Part shown: positions 43,050 to 51,408 of the stretch, piece after piece
How the letters are laid out: every line of letters begins with the position of its first letter
Numbering within the stretch: the first letter of the stretch is position 1
Source of the DNA: a virus
Taxonomy: Duplodnaviria; Caudoviricetes
DNA length: 61,203 nt
Strand: one strand, 5' to 3'
Virus record (IMG/VR): IMGVR_UViG_3300042517_000342
Span: 1-61,203 of that record
Program-made: the position numbers and the translations under genes
The notes under the pieces: generated by a model
Seen by the model: only the letters and a program-made list of their open reading frames with translations
What the model was told of the DNA's origin: nothing
Database searches by the model: none

Positions 43050-44960
43050 TCACCGAATGGGACACGCACCACCAGCGCATTCACTCATATCCACCTCAAG
43101 CTCCACATCACCTCCGGTGATGAGACGACTAGATGCCACTCGACGGTCGTACTCTTCCTTGGTGATCTCCTCGAACGGGGCTTGGTCAAAGCCGTGGCCC
43201 GAATGGAGGAGGAATGAGACGGTCTTGATGTGCTTGTTGTACCGCTTCATGAGATGCTCCCGAATCTCGGGAAGTTCCTCAGCCTTGTAGTACACCGTAC
43301 ACGAGACACTGTTGTCCGACCACTCCGTCTGAAGACGCTCCACCCAATTGAGCTGGTCAATAGCACCAACATCCTTGGCAAGTACTGACCCCTCCGGATA
43401 GGCGAACGGGAACTCAATCACCACCGTGGAATAATCATCCTTACCATCCAAGCCCCGGAGATACTCAACCGGATAGCCATGATCCCGACACTGCTGTACC
43501 AACGGATTATCGGAGGCGACTCGAATACGACGGATCATGTACTGGGCGTAGCCCGGATGCACGCCCGGAGTCACCCCCGGAAGCAGACTCAGCGTGCCGC
43601 TCGGCTTGCAGGTCGTGAGCTTGATTGAAATGGGCCAACCACGCTCAGCGCTGTACTCCTTGTCGTAAGCCCGCAACTCCTCGTAAGCATCTTTCAACCA
43701 GCCACGCTGCTCCTCCGTCGCTTGGAGGTAGCCCGTTACACCAATACCCATTCGCATGTTCTTGTGGACGATGGCTTCCGTTTCCTTGTGGTGACACGGG
43801 AGACGGAGGCTGTGCTTGTTCACACGGTACAGAAGACGGAGAAGATCGATCAGCTCATCATAGGACTCGATGTTACTCAGGTACACTTCAGCAAGGCAGC
43901 ATGTCTCGTAGCTCTCAAGAGATTGTTCTGCGCACGGATTATACGCTTTGACACCTTTGTCCTTGTACTGAGTGTCACCGAGGCGACCACACGACTGGGA
44001 CAGCTTCAGGTTAATCAGGCCATAGGGCTCCGACTTCCCGTTGTACGTATTCCAGAACTCCTCAGGCAACATCTTGATGTCGTTGCACACCACTGAGTTA
44101 TTGGACATGGCACGCCAGTTCGGGATATTGCCCTCGCCCCAGTTCTTAGCCTTCAGGAACTGGAGATCATCACAATCACCAATGGCGATCTGAGCCGAAC
44201 GACGGACGTTGCCAGCCACCACCACCGAACCAATGATGTTCATGATGTCAAGACAGTCAATCGGCCGGAGCTGATTACCTCGACGCTTCTCAAGGATACC
44301 ACTGATCTGTTCGATACCTCGGACCAAGTCCTCCGGACCAGAGGCCACACCACCGAAGCCCTTGATAGGGGCACCCTTTCCTCGGATACAGTGCGTGCTG
44401 TAGGTGAACCCCGGCTTGTACGAATCTCGGTTGTAGAACGCAGTGCTCAAGGTGTGATGCAGAAGCTGGACCCAACCCTCCCGGGTATCGGGCACGATGA
44501 AATCAGCATCATCCTTGTCCAACCGCACAGGTGCCTTGAAGCTCTCAAGGACCGGGGGCAGCTTGTACACGTACTCTCGCTGAATGTTGTAGCCCACACC
44601 CGAGCCAAGCATCAAGGCGTCGAATGCCCAAGTGAACGGACGGATCGGGTGATCCACCACAGTGGCGGCACAGTTCTGGAGAGACAGCAAGCCAAGACGA
44701 TTCACAGTCTCGGTGCCCATTTGCCACAGGAAGCGCCCCGCTACCGTGCCCTTCAACCCGAGCATGTAATTGCGAAGACGACTCTCCTCCTCCGGAGTGA
44801 ACCCTACCTTCAACTGGTTTCGACTTGATTCGATGATGCGTTCAACGGTGTCTGGGAAATCCTCAAGAGAGCCGTCCTCCCGCTTGCGGGCATACGTGCG
44901 ACGGTAGGTGAGCCAGCCAACCGAGGACCAAGGGGTTTCAATCGTAGCGTTCGTCGTCAT
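43050..44960 (-). CDS. nrdJ: Class II (adenosylcobalamin-dependent) ribonucleotide reductase
   Basis: TYRRTYAR, AGRFLW, QNC, LMLGSGVG, GNVRRSA, NPCAEQ, CCLAE, KPSGT, C-terminal CAGGACP; no NrdB recognised. Confidence 0.93.
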   Translation of the reverse strand: MTTNATIETPWSSVGWLTYRRTYARKREDGSLEDFPDTVERIIESSRNQLKVGFTPEEESRLRNYMLGLKGTVAGRFLWQMGTETVNRLGLLSLQNCAATVVDHPIRPFTWAFDALMLGSGVGYNIQREYVYKLPPVLESFKAPVRLDKDDADFIVPDTREGWVQLLHHTLSTAFYNRDSYKPGFTYSTHCIRGKGAPIKGFGGVASGPEDLVRGIEQISGILEKRRGNQLRPIDCLDIMNIIGSVVVAGNVRRSAQIAIGDCDDLQFLKAKNWGEGNIPNWRAMSNNSVVCNDIKMLPEEFWNTYNGKSEPYGLINLKLSQSCGRLGDTQYKDKGVKAYNPCAEQSLESYETCCLAEVYLSNIESYDELIDLLRLLYRVNKHSLRLPCHHKETEAIVHKNMRMGIGVTGYLQATEEQRGWLKDAYEELRAYDKEYSAERGWPISIKLTTCKPSGTLSLLPGVTPGVHPGYAQYMIRRIRVASDNPLVQQCRDHGYPVEYLRGLDGKDDYSTVVIEFPFAYPEGSVLAKDVGAIDQLNWVERLQTEWSDNSVSCTVYYKAEELPEIREHLMKRYNKHIKTVSFLLHSGHGFDQAPFEEITKEEYDRRVASSRLITGGDVELEVDMSECAGGACPIR

Positions 44961-44973
44961 AGTTCCTTTTTGT

Positions 44974-45051
44974 ACAACCTCCGTGTTGTCTTAGGGAAAG
45001 CCCGGTACGGGCGTATGAGGCCCGCCCACGAGCTGCGCTCGTCTTAGGGCC
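44974..45051 (-). promoter_or_regulatory. Structured nrdJ 5' leader (three-way junction plus a GGA hairpin)
   Basis: Stems GCCC/GGGC, ACGAGC/GCUCGU, GCGGGC/GCCCGU and ACAAC-ACGGAG-GUUGU; CCCUAAGAC twice. Confidence 0.5.
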
Positions 45052-45052
45052 G

Positions 45053-45083
45053 AAAGAAAACCCCCGGTTGTTTAGGCCGGGGG
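45053..45083 (-). terminator. Rho-independent terminator after the tRNA
   Basis: CCCCCGG/CCGGGGG stem followed by TTTTCTTT on the minus strand. Confidence 0.75.
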
Positions 45084-45112
45084 TGGGGTAAAGATGGCAG
45101 GGCTGGTAGGAG

Positions 45113-45186
45113 TGGCAGGGGTACCCCGTACTGACCGGGGGCTAGGTGTTTCAAAGACACCTGTGCTACCTTTACACCATACCCCT
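45113..45186 (-). tRNA. tRNA-Gln(UUG) with a non-canonical T-loop
   Basis: Acceptor AGGGGTA/TACCCCT+GCCA; D arm GTGT/GCAC; anticodon arm GGTGT-CTTTGAA-ACACC; T stem CCCCG/CGGGG with loop GTCAGTA. Confidence 0.8.
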
Positions 45187-45867
45187 ATGAATCTCCTCAA
45201 GTTTCCTAGCCCGTTTGTAGTTTGATCCGATTGACAAACCAACAGACTTAAACGCTGTTGGGTACCTCCAATCGTGTAGTATTAACGCATTCAAAAGTTC
45301 TTCGTCTGATACTTTGTACCGGCCGGCGCTGGGGTTTGGAGAGCACCCCTTGCAGAGGGAAGAGCGGCGGTACTTTAGCTCTCCGCAAGATGGGCACGCA
45401 TCTTTCAGGCGTTTGTGGCGAGCATCTACTCTGGCCTCCTTAGAAACCTTCCCGTAGAACCAGCCCTCCGGAGGGGGCTCTTTGGACTTTCTCGACTCCC
45501 CTTGACCGTTGTGAATCCATCTGCTCCCGTGCTGGGAGTTTCTCTCTCCACTCTGAAAGTGGGACATAGCGGCAGCATGTCTGCGTCGAAGCCATCCATA
45601 CATTTTCCTGTTAACCCTGCCCGGAGTGCTCCGAGAAGACACGCACATCTTCCCAGCAGCTAAGGCTAGGCCGTGATGCGATGGGTGTATTTTCACCAGC
45701 AGAAGGTGGGCAAGAAAGTGCTCCTCCGGCGTAAGAATCGCAATGTTCTCTGGCTCATCTCCGCCGCCCATGCAGCGTGGGATTATATGGTGTCTTTCTA
45801 CGTAGCCGGAAAGCTCTCTATGAAAAGACCTTCGCATCAGATCATCATAAATTCTTGCGTAATTCAA
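45172..45867 (-). CDS. HNH homing endonuclease
   Basis: MNYARIY, ERHHIIPRCMGG...N...LTPEEHFLAHLLL; NUMOD-like GERNSQHG, WIHNG; CxxC...CxxC. Confidence 0.9.
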   Translation of the reverse strand: MNYARIYDDLMRRSFHRELSGYVERHHIIPRCMGGGDEPENIAILTPEEHFLAHLLLVKIHPSHHGLALAAGKMCVSSRSTPGRVNRKMYGWLRRRHAAAMSHFQSGERNSQHGSRWIHNGQGESRKSKEPPPEGWFYGKVSKEARVDARHKRLKDACPSCGELKYRRSSLCKGCSPNPSAGRYKVSDEELLNALILHDWRYPTAFKSVGLSIGSNYKRARKLEEIHRGMV

Positions 45868-45893
45868 AAGGCCCTCCTTGGCCCTAGTTTAAA

Positions 45894-46172
45894 TCAACCC
45901 TCCACCTTGGAGATGGAGTAGCCGTGAAGAGCAAGCTCTGGGGTGCGATGCTTCATGTCACTCACATCGACACGAAGGATACTCGGACGGTCCCGTGAGA
46001 TGGGCACATACCCCGGCATATCACGAGTGCTCCGCAGCTTACGACGAACCCACTGACGGGCCTTCTCGTAAGTAGCGAACACCTTGTTGGGAATCTTCCG
46101 GCCGTTGCGGCGAACGATGTAAGTCGGGGTCACGTTAACTCCGTTCTGGGTGGCGATTGCGGTGTTGGTCAT
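45894..46172 (-). CDS. Basic hypothetical protein
   Basis: 92 aa, GAGGAG SD. Confidence 0.6.
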   Translation of the reverse strand: MTNTAIATQNGVNVTPTYIVRRNGRKIPNKVFATYEKARQWVRRKLRSTRDMPGYVPISRDRPSILRVDVSDMKHRTPELALHGYSISKVEG

Positions 46173-46423
46173 TAGATACTGTACTCCTCTGGGGTTGGGG
46201 TGCCGAGATCACACTCAATGTGGTCGTTCACTTGACGAAGCTCAGTTAAGGTAAGGTCTGCGGTCATGTAGTGCCAGAAAGCTCGGAGGTACTCAAGGTG
46301 AGCTTCTTCTACTTCCCGCATACGAACCTCACGGGCGGGAATGACTACACTTATACCATCGTATTCTCCCATCATACAGGCACCTCCGTCGTCATAGGCC
46401 ATGCCGTCTACCCATCGTCCCAT
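46172..46423 (-). CDS. Hypothetical protein
   Basis: 83 aa, GAGGAG SD. Confidence 0.6.
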   Translation of the reverse strand: MGRWVDGMAYDDGGACMMGEYDGISVVIPAREVRMREVEEAHLEYLRAFWHYMTADLTLTELRQVNDHIECDLGTPTPEEYSI

Positions 46424-46436
46424 GTTAGGCTACTCC

Positions 46437-47453
46437 TCAAAAGGGCGTATCGTCAGACTCTTCATCCTCCCAGCTAGCAGCTCCGCGAACGGTGTTCGCC
46501 CCGGGAGCCGGCTTGGGAGAGGCTGCTGGCTTCGGGCGAGGGGTGGTCGGGGCTGGGGTAGAGGGGCGGGAAGGGGCGGGCGTGGAGGCTGTCTTAGGGG
46601 CTTCGGATTCGATGGCTTCGAGAACCTTCTTGATGTCAGACTGGTCGTAGTCAATCGCCCGCTTAACGGTGTCCTTCACCACCTTCCGAACCTTCTTCAC
46701 CATCTCGGGATCATTGTCCCCGAAGAAGTTGAGGCCGTGGATCAGAGACTCGTCCAGTTCCGGGAACACCAGACCCTCGGGAACAACACCTGCGATCTTC
46801 ACCTTCTCGGAGAGATACTTGCGGGTGCCGTCCTTCGACGGGTTGAGACTCACCTGAACCTGAAGCTGGATAGACTTACCAAGCAACTCACCCACACGAT
46901 CCTTCGTGAAGTATCCCTCCGCATCCAACAGATCACACGCTTCAGCCAGCTTGTGAAGGGTGCTGTTCTTTGCAAATGCCCATCGCCCACTGTCGTGCTT
47001 GATCTCCGTCAGAGGGTAGCCGGTGATGACCTGAACCTTCTTGCCGAGAGTCTCATCATATTGCGACCACGAGTTGTTGAGAAGGGCACGGTACGGTGCG
47101 GGGTTGCTTTCGTTGCCGAAGAACGGACCATAGTCGACAGTCCACGAAGGGATGTCAACCGCAATGGCGACAGTCGGGACCGGACGACGGGGGAAACGAA
47201 CGAAAGACTTGCCACCCTTGTCGAAGAAGGTAGCGCCCTCGGGGTAGGTCTTCGAGGGATTCGCCTCTTCCTCAGCATCCTCTCGGGTCTGAGTGCCGAG
47301 AGAGTACAGCCCGGTGATGTAACCGGGGATCGACTTAACCTTGCCTGCCGTGGTACGGAGGAAGACCATCTCGTTCATCGCGTCCCAATCGACCGTGGTC
47401 GTAGGTGCATCGGAGCGGGAGGGGGCTTTCGGGGTGTTGAACTTAAAGCTCAT
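46437..47453 (-). CDS. Probable ssDNA-binding protein
   Basis: In the replication module; Pro/Ala linker and acidic C-terminus ending EDEESDDTPF. Confidence 0.7.
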   Translation of the reverse strand: MSFKFNTPKAPSRSDAPTTTVDWDAMNEMVFLRTTAGKVKSIPGYITGLYSLGTQTREDAEEEANPSKTYPEGATFFDKGGKSFVRFPRRPVPTVAIAVDIPSWTVDYGPFFGNESNPAPYRALLNNSWSQYDETLGKKVQVITGYPLTEIKHDSGRWAFAKNSTLHKLAEACDLLDAEGYFTKDRVGELLGKSIQLQVQVSLNPSKDGTRKYLSEKVKIAGVVPEGLVFPELDESLIHGLNFFGDNDPEMVKKVRKVVKDTVKRAIDYDQSDIKKVLEAIESEAPKTASTPAPSRPSTPAPTTPRPKPAASPKPAPGANTVRGAASWEDEESDDTPF

Positions 47454-47472
47454 TGTGGGTTAGACCTCTTGG

Positions 47473-47979
47473 TTAGATTGGGTTGAGTACGGCAAACTCG
47501 CCGTGGAGTTGGATTGCTGCTACGTTGTAAGCGTGGGCCGCTTCGCGGGGGCAGTCGAACCTGCCTAGCATCTTGTGCTTTTTGTCGCTTTGTATTTGCG
47601 CTACAAACTTCCCTCTTGTGTTGTCAAAAGACACACCTTTGTATCCAGATTTGTTGTTACTGTACGCTGTTTTGTTCTTTTGGTTTTCAGAGGACGTAGC
47701 TTGTCTGAGATTCCTCCATCGATTGTTCAGCCCATCTCGGTCTTGGTGATCCACCTCCGAGATTGGGAACTCTCCATCAACGTACAAAAATGCCAACCGG
47801 TGAGCTGGGTAAATAACTCCCTCCACCCTTATCTGGATGTAGCCCTTATCGTTCAAAGTTCCAGCAACTTGTCCGGATTTTACCCTATTGGTGGTGGTAC
47901 TCTGCCAAGTAAACACACCTGTATCCGGATCGTAGTGCAGCAATTCTTTAAGTCGCTCTTGCGTCAATTCTTCTCTCAA
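47473..47979 (-). CDS. HNH-AP2 homing endonuclease
   Basis: LTQERLKELLHYDPDTGVF, AHRLA, VDH...NN...NLR, NNKSGYKGV, LGRF...AA.AY. Confidence 0.92.
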   Translation of the reverse strand: MREELTQERLKELLHYDPDTGVFTWQSTTTNRVKSGQVAGTLNDKGYIQIRVEGVIYPAHRLAFLYVDGEFPISEVDHQDRDGLNNRWRNLRQATSSENQKNKTAYSNNKSGYKGVSFDNTRGKFVAQIQSDKKHKMLGRFDCPREAAHAYNVAAIQLHGEFAVLNPI

Positions 47980-47988
47980 TTTACCCCC

Positions 47989-49593
47989 TCAATGCACGTC
48001 GCTGTACCTAATTCCAATCGCACCGCTTGCATCCAACGGGACAGCCAGCTTGAGGAACTCACCAGCTTTCCGAATCGAACGCATCCCCATCTCCTTGATC
48101 TCTTCAGCCACATCCGGGTGGCACTCCATGAGTAGCTCGTCGTGGAAGAACCCGACACGGTAGACTCTCGTGGACTTGTAATCGTACCCGCTCCGTCCAG
48201 CCTTGTCAACAGTGAGAGGGCCAAGCCACTTGTGAAGAAATGCAATGGCGTACTCCATCACAACACTTCCACAACTTTGAAACAGTGAGTTCACAAGGCT
48301 GTGTTTAGAGCGGGTCATGATACGACGCCCGTCAATCCCTCGAATCCATGTCTTACCGTTCCCTTCCCAGTGCTGTTCGAGACGATCCTTCAGTTCCTTC
48401 AACGCGGGGTTGTTGTCCCAGAATGCATCATACAGTTCCTTGCCGCGACTCTCGGGGAAGCCAAGAGTCTTAGCCAGCTTCGCAGGGGAGCAGCCATAGG
48501 ATAGCGCGTAGCGGCCGTTCTTTGACCGACTGCGCAGAGGCTTGAACTTGGGGTCTTCCTTGAGCGCCTTCAATCCCTCGGGCTCGGACGGCACAGTGAG
48601 CAACCCAAACTTGGCTTCAATGTCATCAGCGTAGAACACAAAGGCGTTCTTGGTATGAGGGTCGCCATCAAGGATGTTAGCTGCGTGCTCCTTGCCCCCT
48701 CGATAACGCATACAATAACTGGCCTCAACGCGATTCTCCAAGCCGCTTGCATCAAACCCAACGAACACATACCCCTCGGTGGCTGGGATGAACAAGGACC
48801 GCATCTCTTCGCCAAGGACTACAGTAGCGTCAGGTTTGGGCAAGTTTACAATCTTGACATGACGTTGCCTGAAAGTGGGCGTCACACCGCTAGACCCTGC
48901 GCTCAATCGACCATCGAACGGAAGGCGCTTATCCTCAAGCCACCCCTCCAGCACGGACTTACGATTCCTAAGTGACGCCCATCGGACAACAGGGCGCACC
49001 AACTCTCCCGCCATCTCCTCCAAGTTAGGACACAGCTTTCCATTCTCTTGGAGCTTTGGTGTAGTGAAGATAACCTGCCCGCGTTCGTCACGCGCTGGCT
49101 TGCCTCGCTCGTCCCGCTTGAAATTGAATAAGGTCGGCTCCCATCCCTGAGTCATGAGGAAGTTTTTGAGATCGTCTTGGTTGGCAAGACGCATCGGCCC
49201 ATGTGTCTTGGTAGGCTGACCACCCACGATAGGGTAGGTACTCCCCTCAAAAGAAACCGTTCGATCAGTTCCATCCACATGCACCCCTCCTTCCACAAGA
49301 AGCCCAACCTTCTGAGTCCACTTGAACATCGAAGACGAGAGGCCCCCATCCTTCTTCCACGGCTTCGCCGGGATACGCCACGAGTCAATCTCCCCCTTGT
49401 TGAGTGGCCTCGGTGGAAGCTGAGGTTCAATCTCCGAAGCGATCTCCGTCATCTCCCGATCGATACGCTCGACAAGAGCCTTAGCTCCTTCGATGTCAAA
49501 CCCGATTCCGCACGTCTCTTGGCACGACATTAACCAAGAGTCCATCTCGAAGACCTTGTACGGTTGCCACGCTAGGAGTTCATCGAGGGTCAT
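47989..49593 (-). CDS. DNA polymerase family A, polymerase domain (T7-like Tyr in motif B)
   Basis: Motif A GFDASGLE, motif B RSRSKNGRYALSYG, motif C FHDE; NSLFQS; ATG 49593. Confidence 0.95.
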   Translation of the reverse strand: MTLDELLAWQPYKVFEMDSWLMSCQETCGIGFDIEGAKALVERIDREMTEIASEIEPQLPPRPLNKGEIDSWRIPAKPWKKDGGLSSSMFKWTQKVGLLVEGGVHVDGTDRTVSFEGSTYPIVGGQPTKTHGPMRLANQDDLKNFLMTQGWEPTLFNFKRDERGKPARDERGQVIFTTPKLQENGKLCPNLEEMAGELVRPVVRWASLRNRKSVLEGWLEDKRLPFDGRLSAGSSGVTPTFRQRHVKIVNLPKPDATVVLGEEMRSLFIPATEGYVFVGFDASGLENRVEASYCMRYRGGKEHAANILDGDPHTKNAFVFYADDIEAKFGLLTVPSEPEGLKALKEDPKFKPLRSRSKNGRYALSYGCSPAKLAKTLGFPESRGKELYDAFWDNNPALKELKDRLEQHWEGNGKTWIRGIDGRRIMTRSKHSLVNSLFQSCGSVVMEYAIAFLHKWLGPLTVDKAGRSGYDYKSTRVYRVGFFHDELLMECHPDVAEEIKEMGMRSIRKAGEFLKLAVPLDASGAIGIRYSDVH

Positions 49594-49922
49594 TCGGTCA
49601 TGTTCCTCCCGATCTCCGCTGCTGCTCGGACGATGGCTCGGCGATGGGCTTTTCTGTAATCCGGTGCCCACGTTGTGTTCTCTTCGTGCAACTTGTCCAA
49701 AAAGCTGTGCTTTTCAGTGAGGTTCAAATCAACCATCAATCCAAACGCATCCGCGTCGGAGAGGAGGGGGTTCCACTCAACGTACTCATCATGCGCCTTG
49801 CGAACGTACAAGCTACCCTTTTCATTTGGGAACCTGTCATTGATGATACTCAGCCAGTAGCCGCTGGCGTACTCAAACCCCACCGCCTTCGCGGCGTACT
49901 CAAGAAGCTCTTGGTCGGTCAT
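49590..49922 (-). CDS. Hypothetical protein inserted between the two polymerase halves
   Basis: MTDQELLEYAAKAVG...WNPL..DADAF.L...RRAIVRAAAEIG; ATGA-coupled on both sides. Confidence 0.75.
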   Translation of the reverse strand: MTDQELLEYAAKAVGFEYASGYWLSIINDRFPNEKGSLYVRKAHDEYVEWNPLLSDADAFGLMVDLNLTEKHSFLDKLHEENTTWAPDYRKAHRRAIVRAAAEIGRNMTE

Positions 49923-50413
49923 CTCGTGTACTCCTCCATCTCTCGCTCCAAGTATTCCAACACCTTCTCGGTGAGGTCTACGTCTCGAATACAGTACGTC
50001 AACATCTCCTCCGAGAACTGCGACCAATCTGAGTGGTCGCCCTTCTGGAACCCAAGCCGCTCGCCCCAAGCCTCAAGGCTGTGGCCTCCAACCCGATCCG
50101 CATTAAGGAACCGAGAGATCAGAAGGGTATCCACCCACACCACAGGAGAGCCCATCCAAGAGGCATCCTTTCCCACGGTGTACGGGATGTCCCACACCCG
50201 GGCAAGGCACTCAAGGTCGAAGCCAAGAATGTTGGCACCGCACACGTGTGTCGGCCTGAGTCCCTCTACATACTCCACAAAAGAGTCGCGGTCACGAAAA
50301 GACCTTTTCTCTCCCGTTTCAATTACCTTTGTGCAGACTACCCACACCTGTGTGCAGAGTGGGAGCAGGCCGTCTGACTCAACATCGAACACTAACGTGG
50401 TTTTTATGGACAA
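49919..50413 (-). CDS. 3'-5' proofreading exonuclease domain of the DNA polymerase (separate ORF)
   Basis: ExoI FDVESDGL, ExoII NILGFD, DTLLISR, HSLEAWG, ExoIII YCIRDV. Confidence 0.93.
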   Translation of the reverse strand: MSIKTTLVFDVESDGLLPLCTQVWVVCTKVIETGEKRSFRDRDSFVEYVEGLRPTHVCGANILGFDLECLARVWDIPYTVGKDASWMGSPVVWVDTLLISRFLNADRVGGHSLEAWGERLGFQKGDHSDWSQFSEEMLTYCIRDVDLTEKVLEYLEREMEEYTR

Positions 50414-51123
50414 TGGAACTCCCCTCTAGCTCTTACAGCAGCACATTCGTAAGCGTCTTTCGCTTCCTCAATCGTATCAAACAAGCCAAGGTGTGTTTGA
50501 CGACCATTCAAGAAAATGGTAGCTCTGAACTTCCCGCCCTTCTCCGTAACACCCTTGACGCCTAGCTTGTTGTTTTTGCTCACAGATGAGTTCCAAACGT
50601 TCTCCTTTTGAGAAACCTCTCTAAGGTTTGTACGGCAATTATTGGAGCGATTCCTGTCGATATGATCTATCTGTCCTTGTGGAAACTCGCCGTGCTCCAT
50701 AAGCCACACTGCGATGTGTGCCATCAAACGACGACCGTTAACGTCAAGAGAAACATATCCACCTTGGTCTGACCCAGCAACCATCCCTCTTCGATGACCG
50801 CGCCTGAAACGAAACGTACCGTCACAGCGGTTGTAGGTAAACCTCTTCTTAAGTTCGCGGACAAGGGTGGAAGGAGAAGCGTCCGATAGCCGGTCCCTTC
50901 GTTCCTCTACACACTGACAACAAGAGCCAGAGGAGACAAACCTGTAAGTAATGTGTCCTTGTGGGCAAGCCTTGCCGTTGAAATATCTCTTCTCTCCTGA
51001 CGCTCTAGCCTCTGCCCTTGTCTTCTTGAGTAAGGCGCTTTCGGTTGTAGTCTCGCATGTATTCGGGATTACGCTTTCGCCACTCTCGGCAGTGATCGCG
51101 TGCTCGTTGCTTTCGTTCCTCAT
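50404..51123 (-). CDS. HNH-AP2 homing endonuclease with an N-terminal Zn-binding segment
   Basis: YFNGKACPQGH...CCQC; MAHIAVW, IDHIDRNRSNN...NLR, LGLFDTIEEA. Confidence 0.88.
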   Translation of the reverse strand: MRNESNEHAITAESGESVIPNTCETTTESALLKKTRAEARASGEKRYFNGKACPQGHITYRFVSSGSCCQCVEERRDRLSDASPSTLVRELKKRFTYNRCDGTFRFRRGHRRGMVAGSDQGGYVSLDVNGRRLMAHIAVWLMEHGEFPQGQIDHIDRNRSNNCRTNLREVSQKENVWNSSVSKNNKLGVKGVTEKGGKFRATIFLNGRQTHLGLFDTIEEAKDAYECAAVRARGEFHCP

Positions 51124-51148
51124 CGGTGTACTTCCTCGGTCTTGCCAC
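51005..51148 (-). CDS. Small basic ORF (47 aa) overlapping the HNH start in another frame
   Basis: AGGAGG SD plus GTG directly behind a promoter; MARPRKYTDEERKQRARDHCREWRKRNPEYMRDYNRKR. Confidence 0.5.
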   Translation of the reverse strand: MARPRKYTDEERKQRARDHCREWRKRNPEYMRDYNRKRLTQEDKGRG

Positions 51149-51164
51149 GGATCGTGACCTCCTG

Positions 51165-51193
51165 ATTGTACTGGGTTATTCTGTTGCTGTCAA
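51165..51193 (-). promoter_or_regulatory. Strong sigma70-type promoter (HNH/polymerase operon)
   Basis: TTGACA-17 bp-TACAAT on the minus strand. Confidence 0.85.
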
Positions 51194-51227
51194 GTGGCCT
51201 CTACGTCAAAGACTAGGGTTCGTCGGC

Positions 51228-51407
51228 TCACTCCGCCTCCTTCGTAGGCTTGTACTTGTCAAGCAAGTCTCCGATGATGTCACTAACAAACTCACACTCG
51301 TTGATGGATGTACGCCACCCCCGATAGTAGCCGCTTGGAACCCAAGTCACCAGCTCCAACAACGCCCTCTCCAATCGTTCGATACGCTCTTCGTGGTCGG
51401 GAGTCAT
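51228..51407 (-). CDS. Hypothetical protein (59 aa), not in the ORF track
   Basis: MTPDHEERIERLERALLELV..., read manually. Confidence 0.55.
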   Translation of the reverse strand: MTPDHEERIERLERALLELVTWVPSGYYRGWRTSINECEFVSDIIGDLLDKYKPTKEAE

Positions 51408-51408
51408 A

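Noticed and set aside
45060-45112. Theta/HDV-like ribozyme after the tRNA
   Set aside because: The downstream sequence is a short pyrimidine-rich spacer and a terminator; no nested double pseudoknot found
49590-49922. Self-splicing intron or intein in the DNA polymerase
   Set aside because: The insert is entirely coding with ATGA overlaps, leaving no room for an intron core, and it has no intein terminal residues
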